Virus record (IMG/VR): IMGVR_UViG_3300025131_009348
Coordinates: 1-24,604 of that record
Length of the DNA stretch: 24,604 bases
DNA from: a virus
Lineage: Duplodnaviria; Caudoviricetes
Direction: 5' to 3' (one strand)
Numbering within the stretch: the first letter of the stretch is position 1; the number at the start of each line of letters is the position of its first letter. A model generated the notes under the pieces. It worked only from the letters and a program-made list of their open reading frames with translations. It did not search any database and was not told where the DNA came from. This document shows, one piece after another, positions 9,003 to 16,628 of the stretch. The translations under genes were made by a program, and so were the position numbers.

Positions 9003-9569
9003 ATGGTAAATTTAATTCAAAAGCAGACAATGGTCTGTAAAGAGACTTACGAAGTAGCGGTACTTTTCAAGGATGTAATGGATTCCATTACAGATGCCTT
9101 GAAAGACGGGAAGTTTGAGGCTCATGAAATCCCTAAGCCAATCGTGGCGGCCATGGGTAGACTTGATGCTGCTGTAAAAGACATCAAGGGAGTAGGGGCA
9201 GAATTCCAGGAGCATTCAGCTCTTGCTGTAAATTCCCTGACAGCTCCCCTTCTAGAAGCTGCTGACAATCTTATTCGAGTGCTAACTGGAAAAGAGGCCG
9301 TAGACGAGACTCTTTCTCTGGCCGCTGCAGATGCAGGCCTTGGGGCAGCAAAAAACGCCCCGACAGAAGGGCCAGCAGAGGTGCACTCTCTAGCTGCTTC
9401 TGCAGGACTTGGCACTGTGAAGGAAGTTGAGAAGCCTCAAAAGAAGAAAAAGAAAGCTGGTAAGAAAGTGGCAAAATCGAAAAAGAAGGGCAAGAAAAAA
9501 GCAGCTAAAAAGAAGGTAGCAAAAGCTGGAAAAAAGAAGAAAAAAGCCAAGAAAAGAAAAGTAGCTTAA
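9003..9569 (+). CDS. Hypothetical protein with histone-H1-like Lys/Ala-rich C-terminal tail
   Basis: Amphipathic helical N-terminus; C-terminal ~45 aa mostly K/A/G/V; internal SLAA-(x)-x-AGLG repeat. Confidence 0.8.
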   Translation: MVNLIQKQTMVCKETYEVAVLFKDVMDSITDALKDGKFEAHEIPKPIVAAMGRLDAAVKDIKGVGAEFQEHSALAVNSLTAPLLEAADNLIRVLTGKEAVDETLSLAAADAGLGAAKNAPTEGPAEVHSLAASAGLGTVKEVEKPQKKKKKAGKKVAKSKKKGKKKAAKKKVAKAGKKKKKAKKRKVA

Positions 9570-9574
9570 TTAAA

Positions 9575-9988
9575 GTGGCAGGTATTGAGAGCTTCCAGAT
9601 TATCGCTAAACCAGAGGTAAATCTGGAAGATTTCTTCCAGCTCAATGCCTGCCTCTATGCTGTCTACATTGCTGTAGTCAACTATGCTGAAGAAAATAGT
9701 CTCCCAATATGTATTACTTCCATTGCAACTGACTTAGTCAAAAATAGGACATCTTGGACTCATGTAGAGTTTAGGGGGATGGACTTATCTATAGAGGGAT
9801 GGAGTGAGCTGCATATTAACAGAGTATGCTTCCATATAAACGATAGATTTAAGGAATGGAAGACAGGAAAACTCGGGAAAAAGAAGGAGTGGACAGTGAT
9901 AAAGTGCCATAAGGCAAAGAATGGTAAGCGTCATTTACATTTGCAGGTAAATAGACTTTCCAGTCTTAGCCCTGGTATAATATATTAA
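9575..9988 (+). CDS. Endolysin, peptidase M15 (Hedgehog/DD-peptidase fold)
   Basis: 'ITS' then S-x-x-H-x6-D (SWTHVEFRGMD) and C-terminal H-x-H (RHLHLQV) zinc ligands; lysis-region position; GTG start. Confidence 0.75.
   Translation: MAGIESFQIIAKPEVNLEDFFQLNACLYAVYIAVVNYAEENSLPICITSIATDLVKNRTSWTHVEFRGMDLSIEGWSELHINRVCFHINDRFKEWKTGKLGKKKEWTVIKCHKAKNGKRHLHLQVNRLSSLSPGIIY
9952..9981 (+). promoter_or_regulatory. Candidate sigma70 promoter (TAGACT-N18-TATAAT with extended TG)
   Basis: TAGACT 9952-9957, TG 9973-9974, TATAAT 9976-9981; predicted TSS near 9988. Confidence 0.6.
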
Positions 9989-10080
9989 ACTCATAATGAG
10001 GGCCCGAAAGGGAGTCTTAAGGAAGAGGCCGAGCAAAGTCCTCCTAGGGATAGCTCGTTAAGGAGAGTAAGTTGAGTTTA
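9986..10080 (+). ncRNA. Candidate structured 5' leader / small RNA
   Basis: TAAACTCA (9986-9993) pairs with TGAGTTTA (10073-10080); inner CCC-GAAA-GGG tetraloop hairpin and CGAGC...GCTCG hairpin. Confidence 0.4.
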
Positions 10081-10434
10081 GAGGAAAAATATCTGAAAAC
10101 CTACCCAGAAGAAAATGCCCTCATAAGTAAAGCAGCAGCAGATCCAGTCTCCTCAGTGAGTAATGCAATCGACTCCGTGGCCAGACTTGCTATGAAGATA
10201 ATTGACAGAAGTCATACAATTCCTCAAAAAAAGAAAGATGAGTTTAAAGAGCTTTACTTTGAATATCTCAATGCCAAAAACCAAATGAAAAAAGAGGCAA
10301 GGGCAGGAGAGAATCCTTATGGAGATGTAATCCTGGAGCTTGCTGAACATGCTATAAAAAAGAAAAATGAATTTGCTAAATATTCTGACATATGGGCAAA
10401 AGAATTAGATGCCGAACCTCCTAATGAAAATTAA
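10072..10434 (+). CDS. Hypothetical helical protein in lysis region
   Basis: TTG start with AAGGAG RBS; 120 aa ORF. Confidence 0.7.
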   Translation: MSLEEKYLKTYPEENALISKAAADPVSSVSNAIDSVARLAMKIIDRSHTIPQKKKDEFKELYFEYLNAKNQMKKEARAGENPYGDVILELAEHAIKKKNEFAKYSDIWAKELDAEPPNEN

Positions 10435-10888
10435 CAATCACGACCATCCCTTGTACTCAACCTGGATGTCTATGAGAAATAGATGCAGTAATCCTAATAA
10501 CTCAAGGTATGAAGATTGGGGAGGTAGAGGGATTAAGGTATGTAAAAGATGGGATGACTTCTCACTATTTGCAAAAGATATGGGAGAAAGACCTGAAGGC
10601 TGTACTCTTGATAGGATAGATAATTCAGGGGACTATACTCCTGAGAATTGTAAGTGGTCTACTTTTTCGGAGCAGTCAAATAATAAGCGAATTTTAGTTA
10701 CAAATAAGTCTGGATACAATGGGGTCTGTTTTGTAAAAAAAAGTAGGAATTGGAATGCAAGAATCACAATTGAAGGTATTAGATATGAGATTGGCAGATT
10801 CGAGTCAGCCTTGTATGCTTATCTTCAATATTGCAAAGTATATCTTGAATGGTATGGATACTATCCAAAGGAATACAAATGGGCATGA
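10424..10888 (+). CDS. HNH endonuclease with C-terminal AP2 domain
   Basis: YSTWMSMRNRC...GGRGIKVC.RW...TLDRIDNSGDYTPENCKW...EQSNN, then NKSGYNGV...WNARITIEG...IGRF; start 10424 or 10409. Confidence 0.9.
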   Translation: MKINNHDHPLYSTWMSMRNRCSNPNNSRYEDWGGRGIKVCKRWDDFSLFAKDMGERPEGCTLDRIDNSGDYTPENCKWSTFSEQSNNKRILVTNKSGYNGVCFVKKSRNWNARITIEGIRYEIGRFESALYAYLQYCKVYLEWYGYYPKEYKWA

Positions 10889-11178
10889 TTACTAGAATTT
10901 TTTTTATGTTATATCTTGTTTTTGCTGTATCTTGCGCTCACTCTTCAGGGGCCAAGCCTCCTTACAAAGATTTCCCAAATAGATCTATAGAGCAATCTCT
11001 TTGGAAATTTAAGGATGAGACTACCCTTCTTAAGAAGAAATGCCGTCACTGGAAAAGGGATAATACATGCCGAAAAAAAGACCAATATTTTGTAGAAATC
11101 CCTGTCAGTAAAGCTGCAGGACTTGATATGTACGTAATCGACCTCCAAACCCTAATCTATTTTCTAGATCAAATTTAA
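10879..11178 (+). CDS. Lipoprotein, candidate outer-membrane spanin
   Basis: AAGGA RBS before ATG 10879; hydrophobic stretch with lipobox AVSC; end of lysis region. Confidence 0.6.
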   Translation: MGMITRIFFMLYLVFAVSCAHSSGAKPPYKDFPNRSIEQSLWKFKDETTLLKKKCRHWKRDNTCRKKDQYFVEIPVSKAAGLDMYVIDLQTLIYFLDQI

Positions 11179-11188
11179 GGAATAAAAA

Positions 11189-11800
11189 ATGGCCAAGAAG
11201 AAAGCAGCTAAAAAGAAGACTGTCCGTAAGCCTAAAGGTGAGAAGGTAATTCAAATCAAATGCGAAGGATCCGCTAAGCTTCCAATAGAGGCCATGACGA
11301 TAATCCAGGGGAATCTAAAAGACCTTACGGAGAGTGCGTATGAAAAGCTTAGGTCTAGAATATTAGAAAAAGGATTCTCATTTCCTATCTTTATTTGGAG
11401 ATGCAAAAAGAAGAATAATATTATTGATGGGACTCACAGAAAACTAGTCCTAGAGAAGCTAAAAGAAGAAGGATGGAAGATTCCTCCTATTCCTGTAGCT
11501 TATATCTCAGCAAAAAGCCTTAAAGAGGCAAAAGAAAAACTCTTAGAGGTCTCTTCCAGTTATGCAAAAGTCACTATGGAGGGATTTGATGAGTTTACTG
11601 CAGACCTAGAGCTAGAGGACTTTAAAGATAATATTGATCTACCTAACTTTAGGATTCCAGACTTGCCTCCTTTAAAAGAGTCAATCGAGGAAGATGAGGA
11701 GAGTGAAGAAGGAGATGAGGAATCTCCAAGCACAAGCAAGGCAAAAGTTATTCAGACCTGCCCTAATTGTGGGCATGAATTTCAATCTCCAAATAGCTAA
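11189..11800 (+). CDS. ParB/sulfiredoxin-like domain protein with C-terminal CxxC
   Basis: LRSRILEKGFSFPIFIW...IIDGTHR motif; TCPNCGHEF at end; Lys-rich N-terminus; coupled to methylase. Confidence 0.85.
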   Translation: MAKKKAAKKKTVRKPKGEKVIQIKCEGSAKLPIEAMTIIQGNLKDLTESAYEKLRSRILEKGFSFPIFIWRCKKKNNIIDGTHRKLVLEKLKEEGWKIPPIPVAYISAKSLKEAKEKLLEVSSSYAKVTMEGFDEFTADLELEDFKDNIDLPNFRIPDLPPLKESIEEDEESEEGDEESPSTSKAKVIQTCPNCGHEFQSPNS

Positions 11801-12969
11801 TGATAAAACTTCATAATGATTATTCTTGGAATGTCTTAAAGGAAATGAAAAAAAATTCCATTGACTCTATAGTAACTGACCCTCCTTATGGTTTAGGCTT
11901 TATGGGTAAGTCGTGGGATAAAGTCCTCCCTCCTCTTGAGGTATGGGAGGAATGTTATCGAGTGCTCAAGCCTGGAGGATTTCTTGTGGCCATGAGTGCA
12001 TCCAGGACATTCCATAGATTATCAGTACAAGTAGAGGACTTAGGATTTATTGTGCATCCTATGGTCGGCTGGATTTATGGCTCAGGATTTCCAAAGGCCA
12101 CAGACTTGTCTAAACAATTTGATAAGCAGGCAGGAGCCAAAAGAAAAGTAATAGGTAAAAAGGAATCTGGATGTTTTAGCTTAAAGGAGGAGTCTCGTCA
12201 TACGATCGGAGCAAGCATTGCCAAGGAGGTTGATATCACTGTTCCATCAACCTCCTTGGCAAAAAAATGGGACGGCTGGAAATATGGATTACAGGCACTC
12301 AAGCCAGCTCTCGAGCCTATAGGAGTATTTCAAAAACCTCCATTGTCCCCAATGACTAAAAATGTAAAAAAGTATGGAGTGGGAGCAATGAATATTGATG
12401 AGTGCAGAGTCAGTACCGATGGGAAAGATAAAGAGAGACATTTAAGAGAGTGGGATAGAGTCCAGTCTAAGCAAAAAAAAGAAGGAATGTTCGAAAAATT
12501 GGGTGAGATTGATTTAAATGATTATGTAAAAGATTATGTAAAAGATGGAAGGCATCCTGCTAACTTAATTCATGACGGCTGTATGGCAGGAGAGAATTTT
12601 AGATATTTTAATGCTACTCCTTTCTTGTATTGCCCTAAGCCCAGCAAGAATGAGAGGAATAAGGGATTAGATTTTTTTGACCTTAAGGAATCTAATTACG
12701 GTAAAAACTTTTCTGGATCCGATAAAGGTACAATAAGTAATTCCAAGCATCCTAATCAAAATAGTCATCCCACAGTCAAGCCGATTAAATTGATGGAATG
12801 GTTAATTAAATTAGTGACTCCTCCAGAAGGGATTGTATTGGACCCATTTTTAGGGTCAGGGACTACTGGAATAGCAGCTAAGCAGAATAGATACTCTTTT
12901 ATCGGTATAGAGAAAGATAAAGATTACTTTAAAATTGCTGAGGGAAGGATAAGCTCAATCCTTATTTAG
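11800..12969 (+). CDS. DNA N6-adenine/N4-cytosine methyltransferase (beta class)
   Basis: IVTDPPY catalytic motif near the N-terminus; HPTVKP and VLDPFLGSGTTG SAM-binding motif near the C-terminus. Confidence 0.95.
   Translation: MIKLHNDYSWNVLKEMKKNSIDSIVTDPPYGLGFMGKSWDKVLPPLEVWEECYRVLKPGGFLVAMSASRTFHRLSVQVEDLGFIVHPMVGWIYGSGFPKATDLSKQFDKQAGAKRKVIGKKESGCFSLKEESRHTIGASIAKEVDITVPSTSLAKKWDGWKYGLQALKPALEPIGVFQKPPLSPMTKNVKKYGVGAMNIDECRVSTDGKDKERHLREWDRVQSKQKKEGMFEKLGEIDLNDYVKDYVKDGRHPANLIHDGCMAGENFRYFNATPFLYCPKPSKNERNKGLDFFDLKESNYGKNFSGSDKGTISNSKHPNQNSHPTVKPIKLMEWLIKLVTPPEGIVLDPFLGSGTTGIAAKQNRYSFIGIEKDKDYFKIAEGRISSILI
12520..12546 (+). repeat. In-frame 12-bp tandem duplication (GATTATGTAAAA x2 + GAT; DYVKDYVKD)
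   Basis: Read directly from sequence. Confidence 0.9.
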
Positions 12970-13348
12970 TCACATCCCCAAAAGTAATATTATTGTTATT
13001 GGTAAAGTTAGCAGGCTTTCTGTTATCCTCTGCCTTTCTTAGGGATACATCCTCAGTAGGTCCAAAAGCAGTCACTCTCCCATCTTTGAATTTGACAGCA
13101 TACCAAACCTCTTTACGGTCAAAGAGAGTCAATCCAAAGGTGATAACATGGACCATAATATGATTCTCTTTAGGGACAGACATTCCGTAATTGTAGAGAA
13201 TGTATGGAGAGTCAGCAGATGTACTGTCTGGGTCTCCCAGCCTCTCAGTTACCTGGTCTTTGGTCATGCCTAAACTAATTTTATTTAGGTCTTTAGGGGT
13301 AGAGGCGCATGATACTGCCAGAAATAAAGATAAAATCAATACTTTCAT
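12962..13348 (-). CDS. BamE/SmpA-OmlA-like outer-membrane lipoprotein
   Basis: MKVLILSLFLAVSC lipobox; ISLGMTKDQV...LGDP motif; VKFKDGRV strand; GGAGGA RBS; the only credible minus-strand gene. Confidence 0.8.
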   Translation of the reverse strand: MKVLILSLFLAVSCASTPKDLNKISLGMTKDQVTERLGDPDSTSADSPYILYNYGMSVPKENHIMVHVITFGLTLFDRKEVWYAVKFKDGRVTAFGPTEDVSLRKAEDNRKPANFTNNNNITFGDVTK

Positions 13349-13377
13349 AATATCCTCCTAGGTAGGATATTATACCA
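13347..13377 (-). promoter_or_regulatory. Extended -10 promoter (TGGTATAAT) for the lipoprotein gene, overlapped by a 10-bp inverted repeat (operator-like)
   Basis: Minus-strand TGGTATAAT at 13377-13369; ATAATATCCT (13347-13356) / AGGATATTAT (13364-13373). Confidence 0.6.
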
Positions 13378-13489
13378 TATAGCGTTATCTTTATATACTA
13401 TAATTCCCGGGTATAAATAGGGTTTATTTAGTATTTACTTGCATTGCCTTATGTAGTACAGGATGTATATAAATCCGAGGAGTGCATAA

Positions 13490-13669
13490 ATGTTTCAAAA
13501 ATCTGAGATCTGGGATGTATGTGAGCATTGTGGGATAGAATTCGAAGGAATCATCCCATCATGTAAATGTTATGGTTTATCCCAGAAAGAGCTATTTGTT
13601 CTAAAAGAGCAAGAAAGGAAGAGAAGAGTTGAAAGGTCTAGAGTGGCGAAGGATAAGGGAATATCCTAA
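13490..13669 (+). CDS. Small Cys-containing protein (59 aa; CxxC...CxC), first gene of the rightward early operon
   Basis: GAGGAG RBS; MFQKSEIWDVCEHCGIEFEGIIPSCKCYGLSQKELFVLKEQERKRRVERSRVAKDKGIS. Confidence 0.65.
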   Translation: MFQKSEIWDVCEHCGIEFEGIIPSCKCYGLSQKELFVLKEQERKRRVERSRVAKDKGIS

Positions 13670-14210
13670 TTATTTTGTGAGCAATAAAGGGGATGTCTAT
13701 AGCCTTGGGTTTACAGCAGCTAAATCTAGGATTCTTAGGCCTGCTAAACTTAAAATAGGGTATTTGGCCGTAGTTCTATGGAGGGATGGGAAAAAGAGGA
13801 CATCCTATATTCATAAGCTTGTAGCTGAGGCATTCTTACCAAAGAGAGAGTGCAGACAAGTAGCCAATCATATTGATGGAGATAAGCTTAATAACTGCTT
13901 TGAAAATTTAGAATGGGTTAGCTATTCAGGGAATATATCCCACGCCTACTATCATGGATTAAGAAATAAAAGGGCCAAAATAACTGGGAAAGAATATACA
14001 ACTATAGATAGACTATTTTTTGAAGAAAATATGACCCCAAAAGAGATAGCAATAATTTACAATGTATCTGATACTACAGTAAGAGATGTCTTAAAAAGAA
14101 AGTTAAAAGGAAACCCTTTCCAAAGCCCACGATATATAGAATTAATACGCAATCGAATATTAGTCAGGAGGCAAAATGAACGACTTAGTAAACTCAGAAG
14201 TAAAAATTAA
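13629..14210 (+). CDS. NUMOD4-HNH homing endonuclease with C-terminal HTH
   Basis: EWRRI.EYPNYFVSNKGDV; HKLVAEAFL...NHIDGDKLNN..ENLEWVS...N; EIAIIYNVSDTTV. Confidence 0.92.
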   Translation: MKGLEWRRIREYPNYFVSNKGDVYSLGFTAAKSRILRPAKLKIGYLAVVLWRDGKKRTSYIHKLVAEAFLPKRECRQVANHIDGDKLNNCFENLEWVSYSGNISHAYYHGLRNKRAKITGKEYTTIDRLFFEENMTPKEIAIIYNVSDTTVRDVLKRKLKGNPFQSPRYIELIRNRILVRRQNERLSKLRSKN

Positions 14211-14988
14211 CTCAGCAATAGAAAAAGCCCTCATGGTCGGGGATTTATCTAAGTTAAATGAAGTGGATCGGCTAAGCTATTTTAAAAACATTTGTACCTC
14301 TTTGGGCCTTAATCCCCTTACAAAACCTTTCCAGTATATCACTCTCCAGGGCAAGCTCACATTATATGCGACTAAGGCCTGCACAGACCAGTTAAGGAAG
14401 CTTCATGGAATATCCATAGAGATAAAAAATCAAAAGGTTGAGAATGGCCTATTTACAGTCACAGTGGAGGCTACAGATAAGCATGGCAGGAAAGATAGTG
14501 ATTTGGGAGTCCTGCCTCTAGGCAATAAACAAGGAGATTATTTGGCCAATATAATTATGAAGACCGTCACTAAGGCCAAGAGAAGAGTGACCCTTTCTAT
14601 CTGTGGGCTCGGCATGCTAGATGAGTCTGAGATAGAGTCTATCCCCAGGAATCAAGTTGAGATAATAGACAACCCTAAAGAGATAGAGCCTCCCTCTCCA
14701 GAAGTTGAGGCATGTACAGGCAAGATATTGGAGCATCTAGGATTTCTAACTCAAGGTAAGAATATCCAGGAGAAAGGAGAGTTTTTGCAGTTATGGACGG
14801 GAGTCAAAAAAGCCAACGACCTAAAGACTAAATCTCTCAATGAGCTTAAAGGGATAGAAGAAGCAGTCTACAAGGAAGTCAAAAAGAAATGGGATGAGTC
14901 AGAAATAGAAGAAGAAAACCCAGATACAAATTCAATGAAAGGAAAGACAGCTAAAGACTGCACTTTTAAGCTGCCTGAGGAGGATTGA
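14176..14988 (+). CDS. Putative single-strand annealing recombinase (RecT/Red-beta-like)
   Basis: CTSLGLNPLTKPFQYI and IMKTVTKAKRRVTLSICGLG..DESE resemble Bet/RecT LNP and M..K.A...A..G.Y..EE motifs; AGGAGG RBS. Confidence 0.6.
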   Translation: MNDLVNSEVKINSAIEKALMVGDLSKLNEVDRLSYFKNICTSLGLNPLTKPFQYITLQGKLTLYATKACTDQLRKLHGISIEIKNQKVENGLFTVTVEATDKHGRKDSDLGVLPLGNKQGDYLANIIMKTVTKAKRRVTLSICGLGMLDESEIESIPRNQVEIIDNPKEIEPPSPEVEACTGKILEHLGFLTQGKNIQEKGEFLQLWTGVKKANDLKTKSLNELKGIEEAVYKEVKKKWDESEIEEENPDTNSMKGKTAKDCTFKLPEED

Positions 14989-15341
14989 TGACAGTCACTA
15001 CTTGGTATACATGCAATGGGTGTGGGAAAAGCTCATCTCACCAAGGGATAAAAAACGGATATGATGAGTTTTTTAATGTCATTAAAATCGACCTAACTAA
15101 CTATATCGCCTTTAGTAGTGGATGGGTTCCAAGTCAAAACGAGATAGAGATACATTTCTGCAATGAATGCTACTCCAAGATACAGAAATCCTCTTTGAAG
15201 GTATCTACTGGAGAGAGTTTTCAGAAAATAGTTAGAGAAAATCTAAAAATAAAAGAAGAAAAAAATGATCTGCAAAGGAAGTTTGACTCATATAAGGCTA
15301 AGATAAGTGGAATCATTCAGGCCGGAATAAAAAAAGGATGA
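14985..15341 (+). CDS. Hypothetical zinc-finger protein with C-terminal coiled coil
   Basis: YTCNGCGK...HFCNEC; overlaps upstream stop. Confidence 0.75.
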   Translation: MMTVTTWYTCNGCGKSSSHQGIKNGYDEFFNVIKIDLTNYIAFSSGWVPSQNEIEIHFCNECYSKIQKSSLKVSTGESFQKIVRENLKIKEEKNDLQRKFDSYKAKISGIIQAGIKKG

Positions 15342-15344
15342 TTA

Positions 15345-15638
15345 ATGTACCCAGATAAGAAAGTAGAAGTAGGGGATTTGAATAAGAGACTTGCTGACTT
15401 ATTTAAAGAGTATATGGCAATCCATCTAGACGTAAGTCGGAAAGAGTATGAAGAGATGGGAAGCTATGAATCTCTTGGACCCGATGCTATGTGTGGATTT
15501 ATGATAAATACTCTAAATACAGTCATGCATGTCATATATAAGGAAAAAGCAAAAAAGAAGATTTTTAGAAGACAGATTTACAATAGCTTTATGAGATTGA
15601 TGAGTCATAAAGGAAAAATAGTAATTGAAGGAATATAG
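15345..15638 (+). CDS. Hypothetical protein
   Basis: Tightly packed in operon, AAGGA RBS. Confidence 0.7.
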   Translation: MYPDKKVEVGDLNKRLADLFKEYMAIHLDVSRKEYEEMGSYESLGPDAMCGFMINTLNTVMHVIYKEKAKKKIFRRQIYNSFMRLMSHKGKIVIEGI

Positions 15639-15934
15639 TGGAAAAACTCCTTAGGATAGCAGTAGATATCCATACTCTTAAAGTTTATGGAAAAGCATTA
15701 ACTCAAAAGATAAAAAAATCAGAATTTGAAAAAAGACTCAAAGTGGTCTATTTGAATGCCATTGTAGATATTGCCGATACGATAACTAATGACCATAAAA
15801 CACAGCCTTTTAACTGCATTGGAGAGATATTAGGAGAGTTAGCAAAATTGGGAGTGATGGCAGAAAAAAAGATAAATAAGGACAGGAATGACTGTTATAT
15901 GATTCCGAAAGGACTAGAGGAGTATATTAAATGA
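15638..15934 (+). CDS. Hypothetical protein
   Basis: TAGTG stop/start overlap. Confidence 0.7.
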   Translation: MEKLLRIAVDIHTLKVYGKALTQKIKKSEFEKRLKVVYLNAIVDIADTITNDHKTQPFNCIGEILGELAKLGVMAEKKINKDRNDCYMIPKGLEEYIK

Positions 15935-16338
15935 TGGACGGAGTAAGTGAAGAATTAAAAAAGGCAATGACCCAGATTGATAAGATTATCAAAAGATTTG
16001 ATATCAATGCCTGCATATTTTTAGCAGACGGAAAGGGTAACGGAGAGTTTAAGAATTATGCTGAAGAGCCTACATGGTCAATGATTCGATTCCTTTCTGA
16101 TAAAGGAGATGGGAAGAGAAGAATGCATTTAAAATCCCACACGAAAACAAAGCCAGAAGAATCAAATAGGACAGTCAATTCTCTTTATGTACTTAGAGAC
16201 ATGGTAGGGCAAATGTTTTTAAGGGAAGATCAAATGATAAAAGAAATAGAAAAGAGGATAGAAATCCAAAAAGAAGAGGGAAAGATAATAAGCCATGAGG
16301 ATTATCTTAGTGCCAAAGAAAAGAAGGATAAAAAATGA
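15931..16338 (+). CDS. Hypothetical protein
   Basis: GAGGAG RBS, ATGA overlap. Confidence 0.75.
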   Translation: MMDGVSEELKKAMTQIDKIIKRFDINACIFLADGKGNGEFKNYAEEPTWSMIRFLSDKGDGKRRMHLKSHTKTKPEESNRTVNSLYVLRDMVGQMFLREDQMIKEIEKRIEIQKEEGKIISHEDYLSAKEKKDKK

Positions 16339-16628
16339 GTGATTTCTATATATGGATTTTTCTTTTTGTTCTGAGACTTGTAATGATGCCTTCTGTGAAG
16401 AGTTTTTGGAGGCATCAAATGAGCAGGATTGATGAGTGGTCTTACCATGTAGGAATTCTTCTGGGAATGTCCAGCCTAGGTGAGATTAGAGGCTATCACT
16501 CAGATAGGAGTGGGCCAGAAGAGGCAAAAAAGAAGCTTGAGGCATTAGACTTTGCCTTGAAAGATATCGCAGAAGATTTTTATAAACCCTCTCCAGAATA
16601 TGTGCTACATTGCAAATCAAGGGAGTAG
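16335..16628 (+). CDS. Hypothetical protein with hydrophobic N-terminus
   Basis: ATGA overlap; stop codon lies within the tRNA gene; an internal ATG (16419) after GGAGG is an alternative start. Confidence 0.6.
   Translation: MSDFYIWIFLFVLRLVMMPSVKSFWRHQMSRIDEWSYHVGILLGMSSLGEIRGYHSDRSGPEEAKKKLEALDFALKDIAEDFYKPSPEYVLHCKSRE

Noticed and set aside
9993-10050. Hammerhead ribozyme (ATAATGAG...CGAAA resembles CTGATGA...GAAA)
   Set aside because: Core C3 and G5 are both A, the 3-8 pair is lost, stem II is not viable and no stem I forms
10392-10885. ATGGGCA on both sides of the HNH-AP2 gene as a target-site duplication
   Set aside because: Only 7 bp, expected by chance, and homing endonucleases do not create TSDs
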